A stretch of 64,000 bases of DNA from Eledone cirrhosa. Taxonomy: Eukaryota. This document shows, one piece after another, positions 1-13,401 of this stretch (positions are counted from its first letter, which is position 1; each line of letters opens with the position of its first letter). The notes beneath the pieces are model-generated. The model made no database searches and had not been told where the DNA came from. It saw only the letters and a list, made by a program, of their open reading frames with translations. Made by a program: the position numbers and the translations under genes. The stretch spans positions 295,678,001 to 295,742,000 of the forward strand of contig OZ024742.1 in assembly GCA_964016885.1 (NCBI GenBank). Reading direction: 5' to 3'.

Positions 1-722
1 TGCATAAAAGATGTAGTGGGATCACAGGTAAGCTAACTAAGAACATAGATTTTACATGTGGCCGGTGTTCTGGGGCAATGAGTAGCAGCAAGTGCCCACA
101 AAATACTAGCTCTTTCAACTGCGCAGAGGGTTCTATAGAAATAGTGGACAGCTTCCGTTACCTGGGTGACAAAATCAGCAGTGGGGGAGGGTGCGCTGAA
201 AGTACAGTAGCTAGAGTCAGAATTGGGTGGAAAAAGTTCAGAGAGCTTATACCACTATTAGCCGCTAAAGGGTTCTCCCTAAAAATGAAAGGTAGGCTGT
301 ACGATGCCTGCATACGAACAGCAATGTTGCATGGCAGTGAGACCTGGGCATTGTGTGCAGAGGATATACGCAGACTAGAGAGAAACGAAGCTTGCATGCT
401 CCGCTGGATGTGTAATAGTAATATACGTGAACGACAAAGCATAAACGAACTAAGGAAAAAATTAGAAATAAGAGGGATCAGATGTTGTTTACTAGAGAGA
501 AGGCTACGTTGGTATGGTCACGTGATGCGCATGAAGGACGATAGCTGTATAACAAAGTGCAGGGCAATAAAGATAGACGGTAGCCACGGAATAGGCAGAC
601 CCAGAAAAACCTGGGACGAGCTGATAATCTCCGACCTCACACACTTACACCTCACCAAGACAATGTCACTGGACCGATACTTTTGGCGGTACTCAGTAAT
701 AGAGAAGACCCGCCTTACCTAA
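1..722 (+). mobile_element. RTE-clade LINE, 3' fragment of the RT ORF (ORF 78-722)
   Basis: Motifs VDSFRYLG, RVRIGWKKF, LHGSETW, RLRWYGHVMRM and GRPRKTW are typical of the RTE C-terminus. Confidence 0.9.
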
Positions 723-899
723 ATACAAAGTAAAACCTACTACAGTCAGTAGGCATCTCTAACAAAATACACCCCCGTCCCACCACCCCCACCCCATCCA
801 CACCGCCCCCTTCTATGTAAAGTTATGTTGGTGCCACACCATCCAGGCCGAAACAAATGAGATCGTGTAGGTGTCACGACAAAAAAACACACAGTCCAC

Positions 900-1111
900 G
901 CTGTAATGTGGCCGTGTAGGCAACACGGTAAAAACCTCCCAGACCCACACTGTAAATGTGGTTGGTGTTAGGAAGGGCATCCAACTGTAGAAAACCTGCC
1001 AGACAGTCCTATGCGAGCAAGACAATCACTCTTGCCTCAAGTGGGAAAACCCCTGTCCAAACCCATGCAAGCGTGGAACACGGACGTTAAACGTTGACGA
1101 TGATGATGATG
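900..1111 (+). mobile_element. SINE-like segment ending in an RTE-type 3' tail and (GAT)n
   Basis: Central ggttggtgttaggaagggcatcc motif, also seen inverted near 6145-6170. The 3' end cggacgttaa...gatgatgat matches the RTE tail at 10150-10179. Confidence 0.65.
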
Positions 1112-1324
1112 TGTATGTGTGTATATATATATATATATACATACATATATATGTTTATAGAATTCTTTCTGCCTTTGTTACTCTAAATATAAATTATAGC
1201 TTTAAAGAATTAGCTTTTAATGAATTCCCTTTTCTATCAACCAATAACCTCTACCCATCCCACTCCCTACCCTCTCCTACTACCTGAAGAGACCTATAAA
1301 TACCATATTTATTTTTTGATACCC

Positions 1325-1391
1325 AGATTTGTGATGATTTCTAAAGAATGAAACAGTTCTAGTCCTGTAGAATCTCATCTATATTAAAACT
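1325..1391 (+). ncRNA. Decayed type I hammerhead (family C) in a pLTR remnant
   Basis: agattt-GTGATGA-tttctaaagaat-GAAA-cag ttctagtc ctg-TA-gaatct. Near-identical to 16047-16107, but core C3 is mutated to G. Confidence 0.65.
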
Positions 1392-1479
1392 TATATACAT
1401 ATGTATATATATACACACATATATATGTATATATATAGAGAGAGAGCGAGAAACTACCCTCAACTTACCCAACAGAAGA

Positions 1480-2840
1480 ACCAGCTATTGGAGTTAACAG
1501 TTTTAGGGTCAAAGAAGCAATCAAAAAGATAAAGAATGTGGGTAATGGTAAATCAGAGATAATTGCTGAGATGCTAAAAGCATCAAAATAAGTACGAGTT
1601 GAACTAGTAACCTACATAGTCAACCAGGTAATACAGGACGGAGTCATACTCAATGACTAGCATGATAAATTGCTACAATGATAAATTGCTACAAGGGCAA
1701 AAGTGATGCTCTAGAAAGGAGAAACTGCAGAGGAATAAAACTAATGGGCCAAGTTATGACAGTGATGGAAAGAGATATAGCATAGTTAATTAGGGAAAGA
1801 GTCAAATTAGACGAGTTGCAGTTTGGTTTCATGCCTGGGATAAATACTACAGATGCCTTCTTTCTAGTGAGGTAACTACTAGAGAAGTTTCAAGCCAAAA
1901 ATAAGCTGCTATATTTAGCTTTTGCTGATCTAGAAAAGGCCTTTGACAGAGTACCTCGATCTATTATCTTAAGGAAATTGGGTGTAGATGAATGGCTTGT
2001 GACAGCAGTGCAAGCCATGTACAGAGGAGCTGTCAGTAAAGTGAGAGCAGGAAGTGAGTTTAGTGAGAAATTCAAGGTACAAGTAGGAGTTCATCATGGT
2101 TCAGTTCTTAGCCCAATGCTGTTCATCATAGTTCTCCAGGTAATAACAGGAGTTTAAAACTGGTTGTCAATGGAAACTTCTTTATGCAAATGTTTTGGTC
2201 TTTATATCTGACTGAATTCATAAAAGAACTAGAAAATATGTTCTGACTATGGAAACAGAATTTGCAATCAAAAGGTCAGAGTAAACTTAGCCAAAACTAA
2301 AGTGCTAGTGAGTAGGTAAGAAGATAGGACCCTGCTTCCTAGAGGGAAGAGGCCCAGCATATATAGAAAAGAAGTAGGCATAAACTCCATACAATGTACA
2401 CAATATAAATCTTGGGTACACAAGAGATGTAGTGGGATATCAGGTAGATGAACAGGAAAGGAAAACTTTTATGTAGAAGATACATGAGTAATTGAGGGGA
2501 AGAGCGCCAGTGATATAAACCTTTTCAAATCACAGAAAAGGTCCATAGATGTGGCTGATAGCTCTGCTAACTAGGGGACTTAATTAGCTGCAGAGGTGGG
2601 TGTTATGAGAACATAATAGCTAGAAAAGGATAGGATGGAAAAAGTTAAATGGGCTACTCCCACTGCTAACTACAAAAAGTTTCCCCCAACATACAAGAGT
2701 ATGGCTGTATGATACCTGTGTCTGAAGTGAAATGCTGAATGGTAGCAAAACATGAGCAGTGACTGCAGAGGACATGCATAAGCTGCAGAGAACTGAAGCT
2801 ACCATGCTTTGTTAGATGCACAGTATAAGTGTGAGAGAAA
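1480..2840 (+). mobile_element. Degenerate RTE LINE reverse transcriptase region (stops and frameshifts)
   Basis: Translates piecewise to QFGFMPG, LYLAFADLEKAFDRVPR, LRKLGVDEWLV and VGVHHGSVLSPMLFIIV. Confidence 0.85.
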
Positions 2841-3321
2841 GAGACATATATATATATGCATACATATGTATATATATATGTTTTTTTTCCTAGACAGTCG
2901 CTATTCTATATCTACTTATATATATATTGAATGTAATGTCAAACATATTTTCATTTCTCATTTAACTAAATGATTAGTTTATAGTTTATTATACTTAATC
3001 AATTAATAGAATATAATTAATTTGTGAATATAATTAATTTATCTTGAATAATTTTGGAAATATTTCTTCAATGGAAAAATATTACTATAAAACACTTATA
3101 TAAGGTAAATTACTATATTAATATTTGAGGTTAAAATGAGAAGAAAAATAACACTAATGTAATTTTCAACCAAGAAAGAAGACTGTTATAATTGAGCCAA
3201 AGTAAAATCATGATCAGCTTCGTTTATATAGAAGATGAAGTAATGTAGAGAGGGGGAAAAATAAAGGATAAAAGAGGAAGCAATGATTTTCTAGATATGT
3301 TGAATGGTTAATTCTTATTGA

Positions 3322-4787
3322 TTTCTTTATTAGCCACAAGGGCGCAACAAGAAAGGGGACAATACAAAGACATGCCGGGGATTTTACATACAGTCGTGTA
3401 AAAAATATAAAAACAAACAATTTCAACAATCGAAATCCCCAATAGGGGGGAGGCGCCACAAATGGGTTGTTTAATACCCCGTCAATAGAACAACCCTCAA
3501 CTCAAGGAGCGTGTTGTGCAAGTGCTCCTTTCTTCCTTTTGCTCTCTTCCTCAACCTACAGGCTTATAAACAGAGAAGGCCCAATCACTCGGGCCATTTT
3601 CGCTTCATTCACCCACCTTTCAGTAAATTTACTGGGGTGCAGTGCCTCTCTCTCCACCCTGATTCTCCTTCTAAAGTGATACTTAAAGAATGGAATCAAT
3701 TGTTGTCCGGAGAGAAAGGCATCTGTCCTCAGTCCTCTCAACCTCGTCCACCATATAACTTCTTTCACCATAGCCACCGTACAGAGGAAAACCGCCTCTG
3801 TTTCGTTTTTGAAAGAGTCTGGCGGTTTGATCCTTACTATGGATTCGGCAGTCAACTGTATTTGTCCCATACGCGACAGCAGTTGTTCTGCATAGTTCCA
3901 CAGGTCGCTTACGCCCGGGCAGTGTACAATTGCGTGCAGAACTGTTTCAATGTCCTGCGCACATCTTGGACACGTCCTCTTGGAAGGATCCCTGCCAGGG
4001 CGTCCGTGCCTGTAGATCTTGTCACGAACCGGTAGAGCTCCTCGGTAGCACTGCCAGGCCAGGGACCTCTGGAAGTTGTCCATAGGTCCCGGGCGGAAAG
4101 TCCTACCAAACATACTGGTGAGCTCATCGTCTTCGACGCCCAGAGTCTCTCCGAGCACGTCGTCGCCCTTGTAACGTACAATCCCTCTATAGAATGTCGA
4201 AGTGGAGTATCCACTGATTGCTGCGCCCGCTTGCCAGAGGACTGTGAGCGCCTGAGCGCATTCAATGTGCCAGGCGCCCATCGTTTTCGGTCTTTTCTTC
4301 ACCCAGGACTGCAGCTCCGTTAGCGAGACGAGCTGTGGGAAAGCCTGTCTCACAAACGGTGCCCACACCGGTTGGGGGTCGGTGAGGAATACCTGGAGAT
4401 GCCGCAGCCTCAGCGCATGTTTGCGCATCATCAGCCACGGCATTCCCAGCCCTCCGTTGGAAGGGTGCTGACAGCAGACGGATCTCCTCACCAGCGGAGC
4501 CTGCTTCTTCCACAGAAACTGGAAGAGCATGCGTTCCATCTTGGCGAGGTGTTCACGGGGACAAGGCACGACAGTCAAGCGGTAGTAGATGACGGACGCT
4601 ATGAAAGTGTTCGCCACCTCCGCTCGACCTTTCAAGGACAGTTTGCACTCTGCCCACTTCTGAGTGAGTGCAAACACCTTGGCCGTGACCTCGTTCCAGT
4701 TTTTCTCCACCTGGAGGTCTGGACCGAACCAGACCCCGAGCAATTTCACCGGTCCGTCCGTCCAGCGTCCAACGACGCTGTCGGATA
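3322..4787 (-). mobile_element. 5'-truncated Tx1/L1-group LINE (ORF2 C-terminus, ORF 3556-4803)
   Basis: VKLLGVWF, LSLKGRA, GGLGMP and CPRC..ETVLHAIVHC zinc motif. Ends aataaagaaa. Homologous to the element at 41223-47018. Confidence 0.88.
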
Positions 4788-4982
4788 GTGTATTATGATA
4801 CACACAAGAAATGTGAGTATAGCTTGGCAGTTCCTGTGTAGTTGAGCTACATTATTATAGCATACCACATATTTGTTTAGGCAGACATTTCAAGGGCTAC
4901 ACAACATCAATGCCTGTGGATTCAGATATTGTTATTGCAGACACAACCTTTCATTGCTATATCTCTCATAAAAACGCTGACT

Positions 4983-5440
4983 CTGAAAAATTATGAAGAA
5001 TTTGGAGGAATTTAGTAATGTAATGAACTTTCTCATTATCAAGATGGAGCTTGAAATATAACTTAATAGATATTCTGGCATAAAACTATGATAGAAAATT
5101 CTTAGATATAGAAAAGCACTTTAAAATATACAGCTTTGTATCATAGAATAATGAACAGTTTCAGGTAGTTTGCTATCAAAAGGGTTAGCCCTGTCATTAC
5201 CATATTTCTGATGAAAGGCACTGTTTATGATTTCCAAGCAATTCTGAAAATAATTGAGAATTTGGAGGGATTTAGTTACATAATTTCCTCATTATTAAGT
5301 TGGTGGTTGAAACATAACTAAACAAAGATTCTTCCATAAAGTTTTGATAGAACATTTAGATAAATACAAACACTTTAATCTAGCAGTTTTATAACATAGA
5401 AACAGGGCTGATTTCAAGCTGTTTGGTATCAAAGAGTTAA
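4983..5440. repeat. Two diverged tandem copies of an old MITE-like repeat
   Basis: 4983-5188 aligns by eye with 5243-5440. Ends are aaagggttag and aaagagttaa, reminiscent of TTAA-type MITE termini; a similar end lies near 10860-10872. Confidence 0.5.
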
Positions 5441-6017
5441 ACAAAAACATCACAGACTGAGGAGGATTTTTCACATTTTGATCCTCTTTTACGTTAGGAG
5501 ATAAAGAACGAGGCAGTTGGCGCTAATATAGTCAATGCTTGAATTCTTGTAGATTAGTGGTTGAAAGGAAACTGAGTTATTCTGAGGGAAACACTTTGAA
5601 TGCTGTTGTTAATAAAATAAAATTGAAGGATGCATTTACATAGCATTCTCGTTATATATTACTTTAAGTATATTGTGTTTATCTTGTTATTTTTTTTACT
5701 CATCTTAGTTGTAATTATTTGTCATTATTCAAAGAATTCTCATTGTGTCACGTCAACCTTTATTACCATCCTTTCTTCTATCCAAATATACTCTGGTTAC
5801 AATCTTCTCATTATTCATTCTCAAAACTGCATGATATCTTCACTTGTCATTGCTCTTGACACCTCTAATTTCCGACAACTTTTCTGCTTTATGTGAACCT
5901 AGTGTATCATTCAGATATCTATAACGCAATATTTCTTCCAGGATTCTAAGTCAACTGCTCTGTGCATTTATATATGACTGACATATTAATCATGCAATTA
6001 TGATTGCAATATAGGTA

Positions 6018-6180
6018 TCATCATTATCATCTTGCTCTGATTTTTCATGCTGGCATGGATTAGATAGGTTGTTATGTTCCAAGAATAGATGGGTCAGAGA
6101 AGCACATCTTGTTCATACATTCCACGTTTAGCATGGCTTCTATGGCTGGATGTCCTTCCTTATGCCAACTACATTACAAA
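6018..6180 (-). mobile_element. Decayed SINE with RTE-type tail
   Basis: (CAT)n, then catgctggcatgga and ggctggatgtccttcct, the reverse complement of motifs at 900-1111. Confidence 0.55.
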
Positions 6181-6543
6181 ATGTACTGAGTGCATTTAAT
6201 TGTGGAACCAGCACTACCACTTTACAGACTGTACTGAGTGCATTTTAATATGGCATCAGTGTACATAAACTGTGAAGATTATTGGAATTGTTTCTGTCAG
6301 AATATGGAAGATAAATTGGGGAGTACATAGGCATAATACTGTTCAGAAATACTCCTACTTCAGGCATGCAACAGTAAGGAAAATGAGTTGGAAAACTATA
6401 GCATAGAGGAAAGTTGGGAATTTTGACGATTCAATGTGCTGAAGGCCCTGGTCCAGGTCTTTGACTGGAGTAAACTCGACTAACCTAAGTCTTGAGTACT
6501 CTATTGAATAATGGTCTAACAAGTATAATACTGGTTTAATTCT

Positions 6544-6670
<127 letters not shown>

Positions 6671-6671
6671 A

Positions 6672-7557
6672 CGAGGTGTGTGAGAAAAGTTCCAGGACTG
6701 ATGTCACAAAAGATTTATTTCAAACCAAAACTTCACACTAAGAGTTTTCTCCTTCAAAGTAATCCCCCTGGAATATGTAACTGTAATCTTAGCTCTCTGC
6801 ATGGATCAAACTTTTTTCTTCATAATTTTATATACATGTCTTCTGTTTCGGGTCGTCAAGCAATGAGCATAGAGCAACGAACAAACTTGAAGTTTCTGGT
6901 ACGGTTGGGGAAAACTCCGTCAGAAGCACTGGGATTGCTGCAGCAAGTGTATGGAGATGAGACGATGTCACGCTCACGTGTTTTTGAGTGGTGCAAGATG
7001 ACCCCAGGAGCGGAAGGCCCTCAACAACCAGGACTGAGGTCAACGTTGAGCGCGTCAGGCAGATGGTGCGTAGTGATCATCAGCTGACTGTTCGACTGAT
7101 GGCAAATGAGCTGGGGATGAATCGGGACAGCGTCTGGAAGATTCTCACTGAAGATTTGGACATGCGGAAAGTCTGCGTGAAGATGGTGCCAAAACTGCTG
7201 AACGATGACCAGAAGGGTTGACGCATGCAAGTGTGCCAGGACATCCTCGAGCATCTTGAAACCGAACCAGACTTGCTAGGGACAGTCATCACTGGTGATG
7301 AGTCATGGATCTTCAAGTACGACCCGGAGGGGAGCTGTTTTGAAGATGTGGACGACATCAAAAAGACCGTGATGATGGAACTGCGGAGGATCCCGGAAGA
7401 ATCCTTCCAGGAGTGCATGCAAGCATGGCAGAAAAGGATGGAAAAGTGTATTAGACTCCAGGGGGATTACTTTGAAGGAGAAAACTCTTAGTGTGAAGTT
7501 TGGGTTTGAAATAAATCTTTTGTGACATCAGTCCTGGAACTTTTCTGACACACCTCG
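6672..7557 (+). mobile_element. Internally deleted mariner DNA transposon with ~101-bp TIRs and TA target duplication
   Basis: TIRs at 6672-6772 and 7457-7557, flanked by TA. Transposase remnants EQRTNLKF, DDPRSGRP, KMVPKLL, ITGDESW and GDYFEG. The rest of the DDD core is deleted. Confidence 0.93.
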
Positions 7558-7859
7558 TATGTATATGCATATAAAAAACTGCAGCAATTTAAAGTGGAAT
7601 TTAAAGTGGAATCTTTAAATTTTTAATACTGTGCTTCTTTGTGCTTTTCAAGAATGCCTTGGTAATGTGGTTTCATGTGGTACAGGTCGTTAAGAGTTAA
7701 ATGATATATTATAGAACTGTAAAGGAAATTGATTGACATCAATGAAGAATTAAAAGTAGGGAAAAATGGGCCATGGAATTGGTACATTAGGAGGAGAATA
7801 AGTACAATCAGAGAGAAAGCTGAGATAAATCAATAGAGATATATATTCATGGTGAAATA

Positions 7860-8460
7860 ATGTCTCTGTGTGTGAATGTATCTATCTATGAATGTATGCC
7901 CCTGTGTATGTGTATGCATGAACATGTATATGTGTATGAATGTATGTATGTACATATGTATATGTATGTATTTATGTATGCATGTATATGTGTATATATG
8001 TATGTGTGTATGTGTGTGTATGTATGTATGTATGCATGGTTATGTATGCATGTATGCATGTATGGTTGTATGTATGGTTGTGTGCATGTGTGTATATACC
8101 CCACAGAAGCAATGCTGGAATCATTAGCCTAAAGTTGGCTTTATTTATTCTCTCTCCCACTAATATATATTTCATATCTAAACATTAGTAGTAGTAATAG
8201 TAATAGTAGTGGTATTAATAATAGTGATATTAGTAATAGTGGTGGCAATAGTAGCACCAGGCGTAGAAGTGGTAGTAGTGGTAATAGTAGTAGTAGTAGA
8301 AACTGCAATCAGTATTATTATTATTAGTAGTTGTAGTGGCAATAGTAGCAACAGTAGCTGAAGCAATAGTAATAGTAACAGTAGTAGCAGCAGTAATAGT
8401 GGTAGTAGTAAAAACTGCAATATTAGTAATAGAGGCAGTAACATCAGTAGTAGTAGTATT
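7860..8460. repeat. Degenerate (TGTA)n and (TAG/TAA)n simple repeats
   Basis: Direct inspection: 7860-8098 and 8186-8460. Confidence 0.85.
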
Positions 8461-9689
8461 TTATTTATAAGTTAAAGATTTTCTGGTGACTATGATTTTT
8501 ACACACATATATTAAGTGATGAAGCTGATACTTCGAAGTCTCTGCTACTTTTCTATAAAAAGAAAATTGTGCTCAATCAGTTATGTTTTCAATACAATGG
8601 ACCAATTTTGCCCCAAGAGGGACAACTCCCATCTAACCCATGCTAGCGTGGAGGATGGACGTTAAAAGATGATGATGATGATATATATATATCTATATAT
8701 CTCTATACATGACACTCCCAAAGTATAACAATATATATATATAGTTATGTAATAAACAACATAAAATAATTATTTCATTTACCAGTGGTTTCTTGAAGAC
8801 AGATGTTGTATCTGTCTTCAGTTGTCAGAATGAATAAAAAACATGGTGTATTTATTAAATATTGATTTGAAAACAAAATTTAGGAAATATGAAAGTGAGG
8901 TTGAAAAAAACGGACGGAAATGAAAAAGGGGAAGCCTACATAGAGCACTCTTTTTTCCTGTACCTTTCTGATGGAAATACTTCACACACACACACACATA
9001 TATATTCAAATTAGGAGGTGCACAGGACAAAGACAACGGAAAAAAATATGGGAAGACAGACAGTCCTATCTCCTCAGTCAAGCTCTGAAAACCAATACTG
9101 TTTGACACCACTAAGGTTGATACTACTAACTCCAGTGCACATGGGACAGTAAAAAAATGGATACTAGACTAGACAGGACGATTGGTTTTTCATTTATTTA
9201 CAATAAATAAAATATGCTACAAACTAATGTGCTGCAACTGGGAAGAAAAGATAGAAACAAAGCCCAACATGTTAACCAAGAGATAAACTATGCACAGAAG
9301 ACATATGTTCTATATATATATATATGTGTGTGCGTGTGTGAAAAGTTAACAGAAATAACAAAGCAGAAAACACAGTACAATGAAGAAACATTGTAACACT
9401 TTGCATTTTCGACACTAGTCCTTCATCAAAAGATAGAATGAAAAATAAAAATGAAATAGAATAATAAAGCATGAAAGGAAGGAACGGAAAAAAAAAAATT
9501 TGGGGAGAGGAAAAGTAAGAATGAAAATTAGCTGCAAAATGATGATGACGATTATATATAAATATATATATATATATTGGTATTAAACGTTAGTTATAGC
9601 TCTGGTTTACCCAAACTATTGAGCACTTTGCCACACATTTCGAAGATTGTGTTTCGTTATTTCGTGGACCGAAGTTCCGATTCTCAATA

Positions 9690-9736
<47 letters not shown>

Positions 9737-9907
9737 TACATATGTGTATGTTTTGGCCTTCTAACTCCAAACGTTTATACCTCATTACGCAATGCTACAA
9801 GTAAACTACAATTTCCTCCTTATATGTGTACATGTTATACATGTATGTGTATACAGAATACTAAGTAATGATATGATAGGGACAAAATTTTAGGCCCAAA
9901 TGACCTT

Positions 9908-9937
<30 letters not shown>

Positions 9938-9939
<2 letters not shown>

Positions 9940-10179
9940 TGCGCATGGAGGATGACCGATGGGTGAAGAAGTGCCAGGAAATGCCAGTTGAAGGAAGACG
10001 TGGTAGAGGTAGACCACGAAAAACATGGGCGGAGGTGGTGAGAACAGACCTCAGATCATTGAAGCTCACGGTGGAGATGACGAGGGACCGTGACGAGTGG
10101 AGAGATGCTGTGCTGAATAAGACCCGTCCCACCCTTGCAAGCAGGGAAAAGCGGACGTAAAATGATGATGATGATGATG
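9938..10179 (+). mobile_element. RTE LINE 3' terminal fragment with (GAT)n tail
   Basis: MRMEDDRWVKKC..GRGRPRKTW..DRDEWR..KTRPT, then stop and gatgatgat. Confidence 0.88.
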
Positions 10180-10350
10180 ACACACACACACATATATCAA
10201 TATATATATATATATATATGAGTATTCCCTTCATATATTCACACACACACACAAGACTGCTAATTATTGTGTTTCAGTGAATTTATTGTTCAAATTTAAT
10301 ATTGTTCCTGATGCAACACATTATTAGAATGTTCTAGAAAAATCACATAT

Positions 10351-10386
<36 letters not shown>

Positions 10387-11985
10387 ATACTATAAGACAG
10401 ATAATTACATTTATTGCATATTCTTTGAATATATATATGACAAAAGTTGAATTCATGTTTGACCAAAATCATCATCATTGCTATCATGAACAGCATTATC
10501 ATCATCAGTATGATCATCAACACTATCATTATCATTACCACCATTGCCACTATCTCTTCCACCACCACCTCCAACTTTATTGTTTTTATGTCCACTTTTC
10601 CAAGTTAGATGAAACATTTTAAAGATATGGACATCCTTCTTGAAACCAACTATTTACAATATCTTTAAAGAAATATACAATATTTGATAATGAAGAACTG
10701 GAATTTATAAAGATTATTATTTCATTATCAATATGTTATTTGTAACATAACAAAAGGTTTTTATATTAAATTATGTTGGAAGATTTCAATTTGAATAGGA
10801 ACCTTTTAAAATGGGTTGTTTTGTTTCCTATAATCAAATACAGTTTTAGTAGAGTTGGTGTCAAAAGAGTTAAGTTTGATATAGACTATTTGTAAGAATA
10901 GTATATAATGCTGACGTTCATTGACCTGTTAAATTATGAGACATTATTTCTGAGTAACAGAAAAAAAAAAAAAAAAAAATCACTTCTTTCTTTCTTTTCT
11001 TTAACTAATAATGGCCTAAGTTGTGAAACAAACTGTCTCTGAGTGACATAAACAAACATTCCTGCTTTCTTTTCTTTAACTATTATTGCTGTAATGTGTG
11101 AAACACTGCTTCTGAGTGACATAAACAAACATCACTTCTTTCTTTTCTTCAACAATTAATGTTCTGTCAATATGATATCACACTAGCAAGGCATTCTTCA
11201 AGACATTCTTAAAAAGTATAAAATAGTATTATAACTGCATCATATTAAAAATTGAAGTCTTTACTTTAGTTTATTACATATTTACACAACAGTGATCCAC
11301 TAGTAAAGACACTAAAAAAATTGAATTAAAAGACTTGTTTTTAGATATTTTCTGCTAAATCATTACAGGATGCTAAGAGCTAAACTGTTGATATGGAGAT
11401 ACATGCAATGACTGACAGACACAAACATATTCCACATTCCCCACTTCATATCACCCATTAGTAGCTAAACCTGATCTGGCCCCATCCACAAGCCTTGCTT
11501 CTGCCCTCCACTATCACCTCTTAGGAACTATCCTCATTATCATGGAACCACACTTTTTCCTGCTCCCTACCCCCATCCTGTAGTAGGTTATTCTCAGCAT
11601 CATTGTATATATCCCTATCCCTGCTCTATTCAAGATCATCCCTATTTCTAAATCCTAACACCCACCTTTTGTCCAATGTCACTATTCAACCATCCCACTC
11701 TACTATAGATGCCCCCCTCAAAATCTGACAAATTAGTCATAGCCCTTAGTAGCTATTATCATCACAGTACCTTCCCATAATGCTAGAAGTCTCTGCTATC
11801 CTCCCACTCACTACCCTTCACCCTTTGGCTCACACACACATGATATACACTTCTATAGACATGACAACTTTCTTAGTGCTGGTTCCTTGATAAAATGGGC
11901 TTGATAGAGCATATGATCATATGTTTGACCTCCAGTTTATTTGAAGGACAGTGGCTCCATTTGTGTACTGACCAGTTTGTGATGA

Positions 11986-12205
11986 CACATCCAATCCTTG
12001 CTAGCAGGGGAAAATGGATGCTAAATGATGATGATGATGATGACATGCACATGCCTGTACAGATATATACAATAGGCTTTCTTACAATTTCCATTCACCA
12101 AATCCACTCTCAAAATATTGGTTGGCCTGAGTCTATAGTAGAAGACACTGACGTCATGCAGTGAGTTGAACCTGAAACCAGGTGGTTGCGAAATGAAGTT
12201 CTTAA
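11986..12205. mobile_element. SINE remnants: RTE-type tail (+, 11986-12043) and probable tRNA-derived SINE head (-, 12070-12205)
   Basis: catccaatccttgctagc...gatgatgat, and a B-box-like ggttcaactc on the minus strand. Family recognised from memory only. Confidence 0.45.
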
Positions 12206-12322
12206 TGTTTTCCAGACTGTATGTCTAATGAAATAAATTGTAATTTCAATTAATTAATGAAGAATTTGAGTGTTTTACTGAAATTGTGTCAAAGGTATGA
12301 CAATCTCTCTAGTGCTGCTGCC

Positions 12323-12522
12323 NNNNNNNNNNNNNNNNNNNNNNNNNNNNNNNNNNNNNNNNNNNNNNNNNNNNNNNNNNNNNNNNNNNNNNNNNNNNNN
12401 NNNNNNNNNNNNNNNNNNNNNNNNNNNNNNNNNNNNNNNNNNNNNNNNNNNNNNNNNNNNNNNNNNNNNNNNNNNNNNNNNNNNNNNNNNNNNNNNNNNN
12501 NNNNNNNNNNNNNNNNNNNNNN
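12323..12522. other. Assembly gap (200 N)
   Basis: Run of N. Confidence 1.
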
Positions 12523-13401
12523 TACAAAAACATAATCTGGTATAATGCTCCTTTCTCCATCTCTATTAATAACAATATTCCTAAATTATTCTTTAGTGCC
12601 TTAAATAAATGCTTCCCTCCCTCACATATCTATAGTAAAATATTTAACAAACACACCATCAAATTTTCGTATTCTACATCCTCCAATATTTCCAACATCA
12701 TCTCTAAACACAACAACAAAATATTAAATACTAAATCTCTTCCTTCCAATATTGAATTTCATAATAACAGTAATAGTACTCCCGACGTCATTGTAAACCC
12801 TAGGCTAACTTCTGTAAACCCAAATACAACGTCAAACACAACTTCGCTAAATGTTCATAATCTAACTCTAAATCAAGAAACTATTATTCCTATTATTCCT
12901 ATCGCAAACAACTTCTCCAATCCAATTCCTTCTATAGATAACACTAGATCACTCATTAATAATCTCTCTAATTGCAACTGCCGCATTAAAAATAAATGTC
13001 CTCTCAACAACCATTGTCTCGATAAAAACTTAATTTATGAATGTAAAATTATAACTAGCACCAATTCCTTCACCTATTTTGGCTCCACTTCCACCTCTTT
13101 TAAAGCTCGTCTCTATAATCATCATTCATCTTTCAAATACAAACTTAAAAGAACTAACACTGCTCTCTCAGAACTCATATGGTCCTTAAAAGACAAAAAC
13201 ATTAAATATACCATCTTTTGGAAGAAGATTTCTTCTGCATCCTCATACTTGAACAGCTCTCTATCTAAAATCTGTAATCTCTGCCTAAATGAAAAATTTA
13301 CCATTATCTCTAACATAGATTATATAATAAATAGACGCAAAGATTTGTTTTCTATCTGCCTGCATAAATTCCATAGAACTTTTCACAAAGTATACAGTTA
13401 A
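12523..13401 (+). CDS. Partial PLE ORF: linker, CxC..C..C motif and GIY-YIG endonuclease
   Basis: Open frame without ATG: IWYNAPF, CNCRIKNKCPLNNHC, LIYEC..YFGST..FKARLYNH, CNLC, CLH; stop at 13399-13401. Confidence 0.8.
   Translation, partial: YKNIIWYNAPFSISINNNIPKLFFSALNKCFPPSHIYSKIFNKHTIKFSYSTSSNISNIISKHNNKILNTKSLPSNIEFHNNSNSTPDVIVNPRLTSVNPNTTSNTTSLNVHNLTLNQETIIPIIPIANNFSNPIPSIDNTRSLINNLSNCNCRIKNKCPLNNHCLDKNLIYECKIITSTNSFTYFGSTSTSFKARLYNHHSSFKYKLKRTNTALSELIWSLKDKNIKYTIFWKKISSASSYLNSSLSKICNLCLNEKFTIISNIDYIINRRKDLFSICLHKFHRTFHKVYS

Noticed and set aside
5200-5255. CTGATGA...GAAA hammerhead-like words
   Set aside because: No convincing stems I, II or III.
8775-8830. Minus-strand CTGAAGA..GAAACCACTGGTA and the hairpin tgaagacagat/atctgtcttca
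   Set aside because: Stem I does not pair and the core is sequestered in the hairpin; at best a decayed relic. A nearby E/M-like terminal motif at 8708-8733 is noted.
9388-9440. Minus-strand TTGATGA-ag-gac tagt gtc-GAAA..TA
   Set aside because: U3 occurs without A8 and there is no stem I. Possibly a dead hammerhead; not counted.
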